Below are positions 21,755 through 31,533 of a stretch of 64,000 nucleotides of DNA, one piece after another (the stretch's first letter is position 1; each line of letters opens with the position of its first letter). Under the pieces are notes generated by a model, which was not told the DNA's origin, searched no databases, and worked only from the letters and a program-made list of their open reading frames with translations. The stretch is from assembly GCA_965198115.1 (NCBI GenBank), contig OZ240241.1, positions 1,056,001 to 1,120,000 on the forward strand, in the 5' to 3' direction. The stretch comes from Candidatus Latescibacterota bacterium. GTDB taxonomy: Bacteria > Latescibacterota > UBA2968. The position numbers were made by a program, and so were the translations under genes.

Positions 21755-23643
21755 TAATGGACAATTCGCCGACGAGTTCGTCGAACTTCGCAACACAGCT
21801 TCCGACACGGTTGATCTGAGTGGATGTCTGATTGGTGACGATGACACTCGTCGCCTCTTTCGCGTCGCCGAGGGCACCAAGCTGCCACCCGATGGACGAT
21901 TCGTACTTTCGGGGGCGGTCAGGTGCCTGCCATTCCTGGAGCAGTCGTCTTTGCGGACGACGGACGCATCGGGGACGGTTTATCGAACGCAGGTGATCGC
22001 GTTCTTGTCTTGGCACCGAACGGTGAAGATACCCTCAGTGAGGCATCATTCGGTACCTCTGATGGTCTCGGTTCATGGGTGTTTTTGGAGCCCGGCCAAC
22101 CTGCACGATCCCACGCCAATCTGCCATTGAGAGGTCCTCATTCCGCTGGTCTGGCGTCACCGACCCTTCTGTCTCTTTTCCTCGAGGTTGTCATCGCTGA
22201 GGATTCAACGCGCACACTGCGTGCGACGGTGGTTGGGACCTTCAGCGATGGGTCGCTCCAGGAGGTGACGAGGCAGACTGACATCGATCCTTCTCCCGAT
22301 GACCCTGCGGTTCTCGGTGCCGGCGAGATCACTTTCGTCGCCCGCTGGGAGGCTTACGAAGCGACAGCCACGGTGAGGATCGAAGATCGCGAGGATGTCG
22401 AATCACCCAGCAACCACCTGCCGGTGGTGGTATCTGACGGTGAGGTGGTGGTCGTTGTCGGACATCCGTTCCGCCACACGATCGTGATCGAGGACCTGGA
22501 CAGGGATCCTCTGACCACGCGAATCGTGAGCGCACCGGCCTGGGTTCGGTTGGAGGGAAACGATCTGACGGGTACGCCCCCGATCGAAGCATTCTGGCCC
22601 ATTCTGATTCAGCTGGACGACTCTCACGACCGGGTCGATTGGTCGATCGAAGTCCGTGCCGTCGATCCGGTGAAATCTTTGGAGACGGTGAAACCCGCTT
22701 CTGTAGGCCTGACCTGGATACACCCTCTGGCCATACCCGACGGGTTTGAGGTTCAGATCGACCGGGGCCCGGACTACGACTCGGACCGCCAAGAGATCGT
22801 TTGGGTTCCCGAAGAGTCCGATCTCGGATCGTCAGAGATCGTTGCCCTGGTCCGTGGTCCATCGACAGACCTCTTTTTAATGCGGTTTCGCGTGGAGGTC
22901 AGGTCCAGACCCGAGGTCAGGGTGGTGGAAATCCTGGCGGACCCGAGAACGGACACGAACGGTGACGGCCACATCGACCCGGAACAAGACGAGTACATCA
23001 CCATCCTGAACGATGGGGACAGACCTTTAGATCTGTCTGGCTGGTGGTTAGGTGATGACGACGGGAAACCTGCCGTGTTGCCACGGGGTACGGTCGTTGC
23101 GCAGGGAGAGCGTTTGCGGCTGGTGGGCGAATCAGGAACCCTGGCGTCTGACGCCGTGGGTGCCCAGGGCAGGATCGGGAACGGTCTTGCTGGCCGCGAC
23201 CGGCTCCTCCTGATCCATCCAGACGGTCCCGACACCGTCCTCAGCGTCGTCTACGACAACGGGAACGTCGGAGAGGCTCTCGTTTTCTCGACCACGTCTA
23301 ATGCGTGGGTACCGCGAAGTGAGACAGAGACCATTGAGACGAGTGAGGACGCGAGAGACTTCGAATGGACCAGGCGGCCGCACCCCAACCCGTTTCGGTC
23401 ATGTGTCAGGATTCCGATCCAGACCACGGGGCCGGGTTACCTGTCGATCCTGAATGTATTGGGCCAACCGGTTCTGCGGGCGTCCGTTCGTGGACGGGAG
23501 ATCTTCGAATGGTGCGGACACGCATCTGATGGAACACCGATGGCGCGTGGCGTCTATCTCCTGCAACTGAGCAACGCCGAGGACCATCGAGCGACTAAAG
23601 TGCTTTACCTGAAGTGATTCCACGACGAAAGGAGGTGATTTCC

Positions 23644-23904
23644 GTGTCTCAGCCAGAAATCGTATTTCGCCACGGCTCGTGCAGCGCATCGATCTTCGAA
23701 AACGAGTATCAACGAGGCGACGATTCGTTCGCGGTCAAGTCCGTGAATTTCCAGCGCGCGTATCTCGATCGTCACGGGAAGTGGCAGCACTCGAGCAGCT
23801 TGAAGCTCAACGACATTCCCAAGGCGGTGTTGGTGTTGAACAAGGCGTATGAGTATCTGACGTCGAACGGCCGCGCGGAAGAGGAACCAGCAGAAGAGGA
23901 GTAG
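23644..23904 (+). CDS. Small hypothetical protein, PC4/SpoVG-like putative nucleic-acid binder with acidic tail
   Basis: Strong AAGGAGGTG RBS + GTG; FRHGSCSASIFEN...QRAYLDRHGKWQHSSSL..NDIPKAVLVL; EEEPAEEE tail. Confidence 0.65.
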   Translation: MSQPEIVFRHGSCSASIFENEYQRGDDSFAVKSVNFQRAYLDRHGKWQHSSSLKLNDIPKAVLVLNKAYEYLTSNGRAEEEPAEEE

Positions 23905-23973
23905 AAGAACAAAGACGTGAGCGACAGGGACCGGCGTGCAGGGGACGCGGGTCCCTTCGTCTTGCGAGGATGT

Positions 23974-24835
23974 TTAGTTCGCGAGGCTGCTGAGGAACTC
24001 GAAGATGCGCTCCTTCTCGTCGACGAGTTCGTCTCGAACATCGACGAGCTGGTCGCCCGTGATGGAGAGATGGGCCTTGAGCAAAGCGCTGGAGTCCGGC
24101 ACGTTGGCTTCGAAGGCAAGACCGAGGTCGGCTTTTTTGATCAGGAAATCGGCCAGGTGGACTACGAGCGTAATCGGCAGATACTGTTTTTTGACGGATC
24201 TCAATGTGTGGTGATTGGCGATCGGGGTGACCAGAATCTCTGGGAATTTCCACCGAGAAGTTAGGATGCCACCGACTTCGGCGTGATCGTTCCAACCGGT
24301 CACGCTCGACCATGAAGGTTGGCCGATGGTCGTGCTCGAGTTCGGCGATCACGCCGTGATACCGTTCGTGGAAGAACGTGTCCAGAATGACCTTGCCGAG
24401 ATCGTGGAAGAGACCCGCGACAAAGAAAGTCTCGTGGTCGGGCAGACTCAGGGTTTTGGCGATGAGGCGGGAGGCTGTCCCACACCCGATTGAATGAATC
24501 CAGAACGCCTCTCGATCGAAGCTGGCTTTACCGTTGCTCTCCGAAAGTGTGTCGAAGACGGAAACGCTGAGCGCTAGGGAGCGAACGGTGTCGAACCCGA
24601 GCACGACGACGGCTTGTTGAATCGTCGTGATCCGGCGGGAAAACCCGTAGAAGGCAGAATTGGCGAGGCTGAGGATCTTGGCGGATACCGAAACGTCCTG
24701 GGCGACGATTTCTCCCAGTTCGACAGCCGATGTCTCCTGGCTGTTCGCGGCTTCGAGCACCCGGCTGACGACGACGGGCAACGTCGGAATGTCACGAATC
24801 TGCCTAAGACTTAAACGGATGTCTTCACGATCCAC
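23974..24835 (-). CDS. HDOD-domain protein (frameshift near 24290)
   Basis: IPTLP, LSLANSAFYG, AVVVLG, FWIHS, GLFHDLGK in one frame; DHAEVGG...WKFP...IANHH in the next. Confidence 0.8.
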
Positions 24836-25028
24836 GAAATCCCCCGAAACAGTTCGCCAGAGTCACGATCCAGGCGGACCGGCTGAAACTTTAATTTGCA
24901 CCTTTGTTGAACTTTACGCAACCCCCTCAACTGGATAGGCCGAACCCAAGTTGAGGCCAGGGTAATCCTGGGAACTGTTTATTTTCAGAGGTTTACGGAA
25001 AGATCAGGGTGTTGCGTCGGAGGGGAGA

Positions 25029-25457
25029 CTAAATTTGCTGAGTGGGAGAACCGTCACCAGTCGCTGTGGGAGATCCTTCGACAGGACGGATTCCCGGTGG
25101 TGGTGAGGTCACCGCCGTCGTTCCGTCGGAGCCGCTCGCGCTCTCTTGAGACGCCGTGGGATCGCTCTCGAGAGGCTCGTGAAGCGCTTTCTTGATGAGC
25201 ACGCCAGCTTTGAAGTAACTTTTCTTTCTGGCTGGCACGTAAACGATTTCACCCGTTCTCGGATTCCGTGCCGCCGGCTTGGGCTTGGTGTCTTTGACTC
25301 CCAAAACTCCGAACCCACGGATCTCGATACGGTTGCCGTCGATCAGGCTTTCACGCATCGCTCTGAAGAGAGTGTCGACAACCTCATAGGCGAGTTGTTT
25401 CTTGACACCCAGCTTTTCGGAAATTCTGAGTGCAAGATCCTTTTTGGTTGTGGTCAT
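25029..25457 (-). CDS. HU/IHF-family DNA-binding protein with low-complexity C-terminal tail
   Basis: TKKDL...RIEIRGFG...ARNPRTGE...FKAG; GGAGG RBS. Confidence 0.9.
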   Translation of the reverse strand: MTTTKKDLALRISEKLGVKKQLAYEVVDTLFRAMRESLIDGNRIEIRGFGVLGVKDTKPKPAARNPRTGEIVYVPARKKSYFKAGVLIKKALHEPLESDPTASQESASGSDGTTAVTSPPPGIRPVEGSPTATGDGSPTQQI

Positions 25458-25730
25458 TCCTTCCTCCGAACGGGTTAAACCATCCAGTTCGCGATAATAT
25501 AGACCGGGGCACCAGATTGACGCAAAATAAAAATTTACTATGGTCTACACCGATTTTGGTCAAAAAGTGCTCAAAAACCAATAAAACACCTAAACAGAAA
25601 CAGTAGAGCATCCATTCTATTGATTTTTCTGCAATTACAAAAGTGCCTCGATCGCTTGACCCAGCCAAACCGGATTCGTTAGTTTAGGGTTGTTCTTATC
25701 TGCCGACAACCCGAGCGACGGAAAAATCTC

Positions 25731-27066
25731 TTGGTCATTCTTCTCGTCTGGGACGGTCTTCGCCCTGATTTCGTCCGTCCTGACCTGACACCCGTTCTCT
25801 GCGAATGGGCCCGTCGCGGCGTGCAGTTTGGTCGGCATCGCTCGGTGTTTCCGTCCGAGACACGCGTGAATTCCTCGTCGATCGCGACAGGATGCTACCC
25901 GGAACGCCACGGGATCGTCGCGAACCGGTTCTATTCACGAGATTTTGACGCGCTCATAGACACCGGAAATCACGAGGATCTGGAACGGCTGCGTGGATCG
26001 GCCGGGTCGATTCTGGGAGCTCCAACCGTCGCTGCACGATTGAGGGTTGCCGGCAGGAAGGTCGTCGTGGTCGGAGCGGGATCCCCTGGATCAACGCTCC
26101 TCCAGGATCCCGATGGTCCATCCTGGCTCGTGAACACGAGGGGTGTCGTCTACCCGCCTACTCTGGCGGCTGCAGTCGGAGTTCTGCCCGGGAGCGAGGC
26201 GAGTGCCGATGATTGGAACGATAAGGCCTGCTCGATCTTCCACTCAGAAATTGCTCAAAAACACGTGGATTTCGGCGTTTTGTGGCTGTGTGATCCTGAT
26301 TTCACCCAACATCACGCCGGACTGGGGGCGGGACCCTCCCTCGATGCCATTCGACGAAACGACGCCCGGTTCGCTGAGCTCATCCGCGTTCTGCCGCGGG
26401 ATGCGACACTCTTTGTCGCATCCGACCACGGATTCTCCACCGTCAGCGGAGACCCAATCGAGGGGACCTGGATCACGGATTCGGTCACTGGTGGAGCCAC
26501 ACCAGTTCCTAACGGGGCCCTTTTCGATGTCTCCACTGACGCCGCAGCGGCGGCGGAGACGCTCTTGCCCGATCGACGTATTGGCGCGCTGCTCGCCCGC
26601 CACGCAGTTGGCGGTACCTTCGGGTTCGATGAGGTTCGACTCTTTCACGCATCTCGATCGCCCGATCTTTACTTCTCGTCCGCGTGGGACCGAGAGGTGA
26701 ACGAGCACGGCATCGACGGTCGTGTCTTCGGCCCCCGTTCGTTGGCGACACACGGTTCGCTCAGTCCGTTCGATCTCCATTCAGTCCTGATCGCTGTGTC
26801 CGGGTCTGCGAGAGGGCCTGATAACGCAAAAGCCGAGCGGCGTCGTTGATATCGCTCCCACGGTGTTGACCCTTCTGGGACACACCGCCGATGGAGTTGA
26901 TGGCCGGGTTCTGACAGAGGCCTTTGACACGGGCCCCGATCCTGATGGGATCGAGGTCGAGTATTGTCGCGTGGTAACGAGCGGGGGCGGGGTGGCCCGT
27001 TACCTCGAGTTCGCCGACGTCGCCGGCTACCGCTACCTGATGGAGGGGGGCATTCAGTCTACCTGA
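25731..27066 (+). CDS. Alkaline phosphatase superfamily (type I phosphodiesterase/NPP); frameshift ~26798; start uncertain
   Basis: WDGLRPD, FPSETRVN, DPDFTQH, ASDHGF, THGS; continues GPGLREG...SGVVDIAPTVL in another frame. Confidence 0.75.
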
Positions 27067-27087
27067 CGGTGTACACGTGCTGATGGC

Positions 27088-27870
27088 ATGAAAATCAAAG
27101 GGTTCATCGTAGACCTGGACGGAACGGTCTATCTGGGCGATGCATTGATACCGGGCTCTGCGGAAACCATCGCCTGGATGCGCAGACGGGGGCGGGTGAT
27201 CTTTCTCTCGAACAAGCCGACCGACTCGCCCGCGGCTTACGCAGCGAAACTCTGTGGTCTCGGTGTCCCGACGGAGGACGAGGAGGTCATCACCTCCGTC
27301 GCGATTGCAATCCAATACCTTCGGGAAAACCGGCCTGGGGCTCGGTTCCATCTCATCGGCGAATCCTTCGTCGAGTCGCGACTCCTGGATGCCGGGTTGA
27401 TCGTCGGTCGGACACCAGACGAAACGGATATCGTCGTTGTTTCTCTCGATCGTGGGCTGACCTATGCGAAGCTGCATCACGCGTACCTCGCGGCTCGTGC
27501 GGGGGCCGAGGTTTACGCGACGAACCCTGACCTGGTCTGCCCGACCGATCGTGGCGGCATCATCGATGCGGGTGCCAGCATCGCCGCGCTCGAAGCCCTG
27601 ATGGGGCGGCCAGTCGACAAGGTATTCGGAAAACCTTCTCCCGAAATGGCCCACGCCGCACGTCGTCTGGCGGGCTCAACCACCGAGGAGACGTTGGTCA
27701 TCGGAGACCGAGTGGAAACGGACATCGCCATGGGGATCGAAGCCGGAATGCGAACCGCCCTCGTCCTCTCCGGAGCAACCGACTCGCAAAGCGTCGAGCG
27801 CGCATCTTTCCGTCCGGATGTGACGGTCTCCTCGCTCGCCGACTTGCCACAAGCACTGGGGGAGGGATGA
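27088..27870 (+). CDS. HAD-IIA (NagD-like) hydrolase
   Basis: DLDGT, LSN, ATNPD, GKPS, IGDRVETDI. Confidence 0.9.
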   Translation: MKIKGFIVDLDGTVYLGDALIPGSAETIAWMRRRGRVIFLSNKPTDSPAAYAAKLCGLGVPTEDEEVITSVAIAIQYLRENRPGARFHLIGESFVESRLLDAGLIVGRTPDETDIVVVSLDRGLTYAKLHHAYLAARAGAEVYATNPDLVCPTDRGGIIDAGASIAALEALMGRPVDKVFGKPSPEMAHAARRLAGSTTEETLVIGDRVETDIAMGIEAGMRTALVLSGATDSQSVERASFRPDVTVSSLADLPQALGEG

Positions 27871-29366
27871 CGCAAAGTCTGGCATCCGAGCTGTGGCGTG
27901 CCGCACGACAGCATCCTCACATTGCCGCGATCAGAGAACCGAATCGGGTGATGACCTACCACCGTCTGTGGACGGCTGTGAGCGCTTGTGTTGCCGATCT
28001 GGAGGGACACGGGGTGGGTCCCGGGAAACGCGTCGCTCTGATGATGCCAAATTGCCCGGAGTTCACGATTGTCTATTACGCAACGCTGGCCCTCGGGGCG
28101 GTGGTGGTCCCGCTCAACGCCTCGCTGACGGAATCTGAATCCGTCGTGCTGCTCCGTCATGCAGGTCCACACATTTTCGTGGGAGACGAGGAGCGACTGC
28201 CGCACGCTTCGGCAGCGGGGATTCCCGTTCTCCGATCGGGAGACTGGTGTGAGCGTATTGCTGAGCCAAGCAGCCCGGCGCCTGTCGATCCTTCCGAAAC
28301 GGCAGTCATTCTGTATACCTCAGGGACGACAGGCCACCCGAAGGGCGTCGAACTGACGCACCGGAATCTGACGAGGAATGCACTGTGGGTGGGGCAGTCG
28401 AGTCTCGACGGAGCACAGTGGGGGAGCACGGACACGGTTCTCGCGGCGCTACCGCTGTCTCACAGTTTTGGTCAGACATGCCTTCAGAATGCTCCCCTTC
28501 TCCACGGGGCGTCGGTTATCTATGTCGCGCGTTTCGATCCTGACCACGCCCTCGACATTCTGGTGAAGGAGAACGTGACGATCTTGGCTGCCGTTCCTCA
28601 GATGGCGCGCCTGGTCATGGAGAGCGGGAGGGAGCGAGACCTCAGACCGACGACTCTTAGATGGTGTCTGATCGGGGGGGCGCCCATACCGACAACGTTG
28701 ATCGACGCATTCGAGAAGTGGTCAGGGGCATCGGTTCTTGAGGGCTACGGCCTGTCTGAAACATCACCCGTTTGTGTTTTCAGGACACCCCAGACACCCC
28801 GGCGTCCTGGCAGCGTCGGACGTGCGATCGAGGGCGTGGAGTTGCGGTTGGCGCTACCTTCTGGTGACTCCACCGACGTTGGTGGACCGGGGGAACTTCT
28901 GGTTCGTGGGCACGTGGTGATGAAAGGCTATTTTAGACAGCCGTCAGAAACGCAGGAGGTGATACAGGAGGGCTGGCTCCGCACGGGAGATGTCGCTCGT
29001 ATCGACGAAGATGGTCTGATCTATATCGTAGATCGATTGAAGGATGTCATTCTCAGGAATGGGTACAGCGTTTACCCATCCGAAGTCGAAGCCGTCGTGG
29101 CGCGGCACCCATTGGTCGAGGACGTCGCAGTCTTTGGAGTCGCCGACGACCGGGTGGGTGAAGAGGTGGCCGCGATGGTCGTCTCCACCGGTCCGTCCCT
29201 GAGCCCCGATGCCCTCCGAGCCCACTGCGAGGCACACTTGGCTCCCTACAAGAGACCCCGGCGGATGGCATTCGTGAAGCACATCCCTCGTGGATCGAAA
29301 GGCCAGGTTCTGAGAGGACTCCTCATCGGGAATCTTGACACATCGCGCCAGGGCGCGATATATTAG
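27867..29366 (+). CDS. Long-chain acyl-CoA ligase / AMP-binding enzyme
   Basis: YTSGTTGHPKG, GYGLSET, RTGD, DRLKD. Confidence 0.9.
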   Translation: MTQSLASELWRAARQHPHIAAIREPNRVMTYHRLWTAVSACVADLEGHGVGPGKRVALMMPNCPEFTIVYYATLALGAVVVPLNASLTESESVVLLRHAGPHIFVGDEERLPHASAAGIPVLRSGDWCERIAEPSSPAPVDPSETAVILYTSGTTGHPKGVELTHRNLTRNALWVGQSSLDGAQWGSTDTVLAALPLSHSFGQTCLQNAPLLHGASVIYVARFDPDHALDILVKENVTILAAVPQMARLVMESGRERDLRPTTLRWCLIGGAPIPTTLIDAFEKWSGASVLEGYGLSETSPVCVFRTPQTPRRPGSVGRAIEGVELRLALPSGDSTDVGGPGELLVRGHVVMKGYFRQPSETQEVIQEGWLRTGDVARIDEDGLIYIVDRLKDVILRNGYSVYPSEVEAVVARHPLVEDVAVFGVADDRVGEEVAAMVVSTGPSLSPDALRAHCEAHLAPYKRPRRMAFVKHIPRGSKGQVLRGLLIGNLDTSRQGAIY

Positions 29367-29421
29367 GGATGGAACTGCTTGATTTTCAGTCGAATATCCA
29401 TCGATCCCCTGGGGGACCTCA

Positions 29422-29790
29422 ATGAAGATTGATGAAGAAATCCGGGGTGACGTCGCGCTCCTGTCAGTGTCCGGGGCGCTGATGTCCGGCCCCGAGGTGT
29501 CGGAGTTTCACGAACACATCAAGAGGCTTGTCAAGGACGGCATTGTCAATGTCGTGGCCGACTTTTCCAAGGTAAAGTGGTTCGGGAGTTCAATGCTCGG
29601 CGTGATGACCGCCAGCCTGACGACCCTGCGCAACGAGGGCGGGGATCTCCGTTTGACGGGCGTGACGAAAAAGATCGAGAGCATCCTGATGGTCACTCAA
29701 CTGGCGTCGATCTTCCGGACGATCGACAGCCCGGAACGGGCGATCGCCAGTTTTGCCACACAGCCGCCCGATCCCAAGCCGGAATCCTGA
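29422..29790 (+). CDS. STAS-domain anti-sigma factor antagonist
   Basis: VVADFSKVKWFGSSMLG...GGDLRL...VTQL. Confidence 0.85.
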   Translation: MKIDEEIRGDVALLSVSGALMSGPEVSEFHEHIKRLVKDGIVNVVADFSKVKWFGSSMLGVMTASLTTLRNEGGDLRLTGVTKKIESILMVTQLASIFRTIDSPERAIASFATQPPDPKPES

Positions 29791-29812
29791 TTCCCAGAAC
29801 CCGATTTCCTTC

Positions 29813-29848
29813 GCCACCCTTGGGCATTGCCGAAGGGTGGCTTTTTTT
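29813..29848 (+). terminator. Intrinsic terminator
   Basis: GCCACCCTT...AAGGGTGGC followed by T7. Confidence 0.8.
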
Positions 29849-29859
29849 CTGGATGATCC

Positions 29860-31533
29860 GTGACCAACGACCAAATCATCGCCAGGTGGCGCGACGAGCC
29901 GGCGCCTCTGCTTTCAGTGCTTCACGCGATTCACGATCGCGATGGTCAACTTTCGGATGACGCACTCCGCGACGTCGCGGCGGGGTTGCGAATTCCGTTG
30001 GCCGACCTCTACGGGACGGTGACCTTCTATCATCATTTCTCACGTGCGCCCAGGACGATCCAAACGCCCCGTGTCTGCACGGGCCCCGTGTGTCGAACCC
30101 GTGGGGCCGACGGCATCCTGGCCGGACTCGAAGGCGCATTAGGCATGCCGTGCCCGGGACGGTGCGACGATCCCGTTCCCGTGCTGATGGCTGCCCGTGT
30201 TGAGACCCATCAGGGAAGCGACGACGTGGTCGCCCGACCTTCTGCTCTGCCTGTTCCGAACCCGGGGGGATTGGACGAATGCGTATTCCGTCACATCCGA
30301 GAGCCAGAAAGGTCCAGCCTGGCCGGATACCGACGATCGGAGGGGTATCAGGGACTCGAATCTGCCAGAGAGATAGGGCCCGAAGGGATACGCGCACTTG
30401 TCGCTGAGTCTGGTCTCGTCGGTCGGGGCGGCGCTGGATTCCCAACCGGCACAAAATGGAATGCAGTCGCGGAGGCGGATGGAGAGCCAAAAACGATCGT
30501 CTGTAACGCTGATGAAGGTGAGCCGGGCTGTTTTCAAGACCGTGCCATCATGGACTACGATCCACACGCGCTGATCGAGGGTATCCTGATTGCGGGTCTG
30601 GCCACTGGAGCCGAACGGGGCATCATCTATCTCCGTTACGAGTATCCGGACACCTTACGCACTTTGGAAAACGCGATCCTGGAAGCTCAAGAGGCGGGGT
30701 TGCTCGGGCCGGAGGCGTTCGGACCGGGGCATCCGTTCCATCTTTGTGTACGGCGCGGCGCCGGGGCATACATCTGCGGAGAAGAGACCGCCCTGCTCAA
30801 CAGTCTCGAGGGGAAGCATCCGTATCCACGCAACAGACCCCCTTACCCGGTCACGAACGGTTTCGAAGATCTCCCAACAGTGGTGAACAACGTCGAAACC
30901 CTCTCTGTCGTACCAAAGGTTATGGTTAAAGGCTCTGAGTGGTACCAGAGTCTTGGTCGAGGATCCTTCGCAGGGACCAAGGTCATCAGCGTAAGTGGCG
31001 ATGTTGAGCGGCCGGGTAACTACGAGGTACCGATCGGTTTCAGCCTGCAAGAGTTGTTACAGGAATGGGCGGGTGGCGCCCCCGACGGCGGATCGATTCA
31101 GGCGGTGACGATGGCCGGACTCTCGGGAGGTTTCCTGGCCGACGCGGACCTCGACGTGACGCTCGACGAACCAGCTATTCGCGAAAAGGGCGGCGCTATG
31201 GGAGCCGCGGGGATCATGGTGTTCGACGATCGACGGGACATGGTCGAAGTCACCCGTGATGCCATCCACTTTTTCGCCGACGAGTCGTGTGGGAAGTGCT
31301 TCCCCTGTCGAATCGGCACGCAGCGACTGTTGGAAAGACTCGACGGAAGCCACGGCCCCAAAACGTCCGAAGTCTGGCGTCGCGAGGTCGACGACATCGC
31401 GACGGTTATGAAAGCCACGAGCGCGTGTGGATTGGGCCAGGCCGCACCGCTGATCGTAGAAAGTTGTGTCCGGTATTTTCCAGAAGACATCGACGCCCAC
31501 ATTAGCCGAGGTGGAGGAACTCAGCATGCGTGA
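29860..31533 (+). CDS. NuoE-NuoF fusion; NADH-binding diaphorase subunit of formate dehydrogenase
   Basis: TFYHHF, CTGPVC...CPGRC; GRGGAGFPTG, CNADEGEPG, GAGAYICGEETAL, SCGKCFPCR...C. Confidence 0.9.
   Translation: MTNDQIIARWRDEPAPLLSVLHAIHDRDGQLSDDALRDVAAGLRIPLADLYGTVTFYHHFSRAPRTIQTPRVCTGPVCRTRGADGILAGLEGALGMPCPGRCDDPVPVLMAARVETHQGSDDVVARPSALPVPNPGGLDECVFRHIREPERSSLAGYRRSEGYQGLESAREIGPEGIRALVAESGLVGRGGAGFPTGTKWNAVAEADGEPKTIVCNADEGEPGCFQDRAIMDYDPHALIEGILIAGLATGAERGIIYLRYEYPDTLRTLENAILEAQEAGLLGPEAFGPGHPFHLCVRRGAGAYICGEETALLNSLEGKHPYPRNRPPYPVTNGFEDLPTVVNNVETLSVVPKVMVKGSEWYQSLGRGSFAGTKVISVSGDVERPGNYEVPIGFSLQELLQEWAGGAPDGGSIQAVTMAGLSGGFLADADLDVTLDEPAIREKGGAMGAAGIMVFDDRRDMVEVTRDAIHFFADESCGKCFPCRIGTQRLLERLDGSHGPKTSEVWRREVDDIATVMKATSACGLGQAAPLIVESCVRYFPEDIDAHISRGGGTQHA

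Larger units (their letters stand above)
17183..23617 (+). pseudogene. Large secreted scaffold (2 cohesin-like, cadherin/He_PIG-like Ig, 4 lamin tail domains, FlgD/T9SS-like CTD), interrupted by IS1380; frameshift ~21905
   Basis: Removing the IS and one TA restores DANRDGI-NGQFA-DEFVELRN in frame; the 3' part ends HPNPF...NVLGQ...GVYLLQL...KVLYLK. Confidence 0.75.

Noticed and set aside
24860-24895. sigma28 promoter for the HDOD gene (TAAAGTTT on the minus strand)
   Set aside because: No GCCGATA-like -10 at the correct spacing
25458-25730. AT-rich intergenic stretch as replication origin
   Set aside because: No DnaA-box cluster seen; explained as a divergent promoter region
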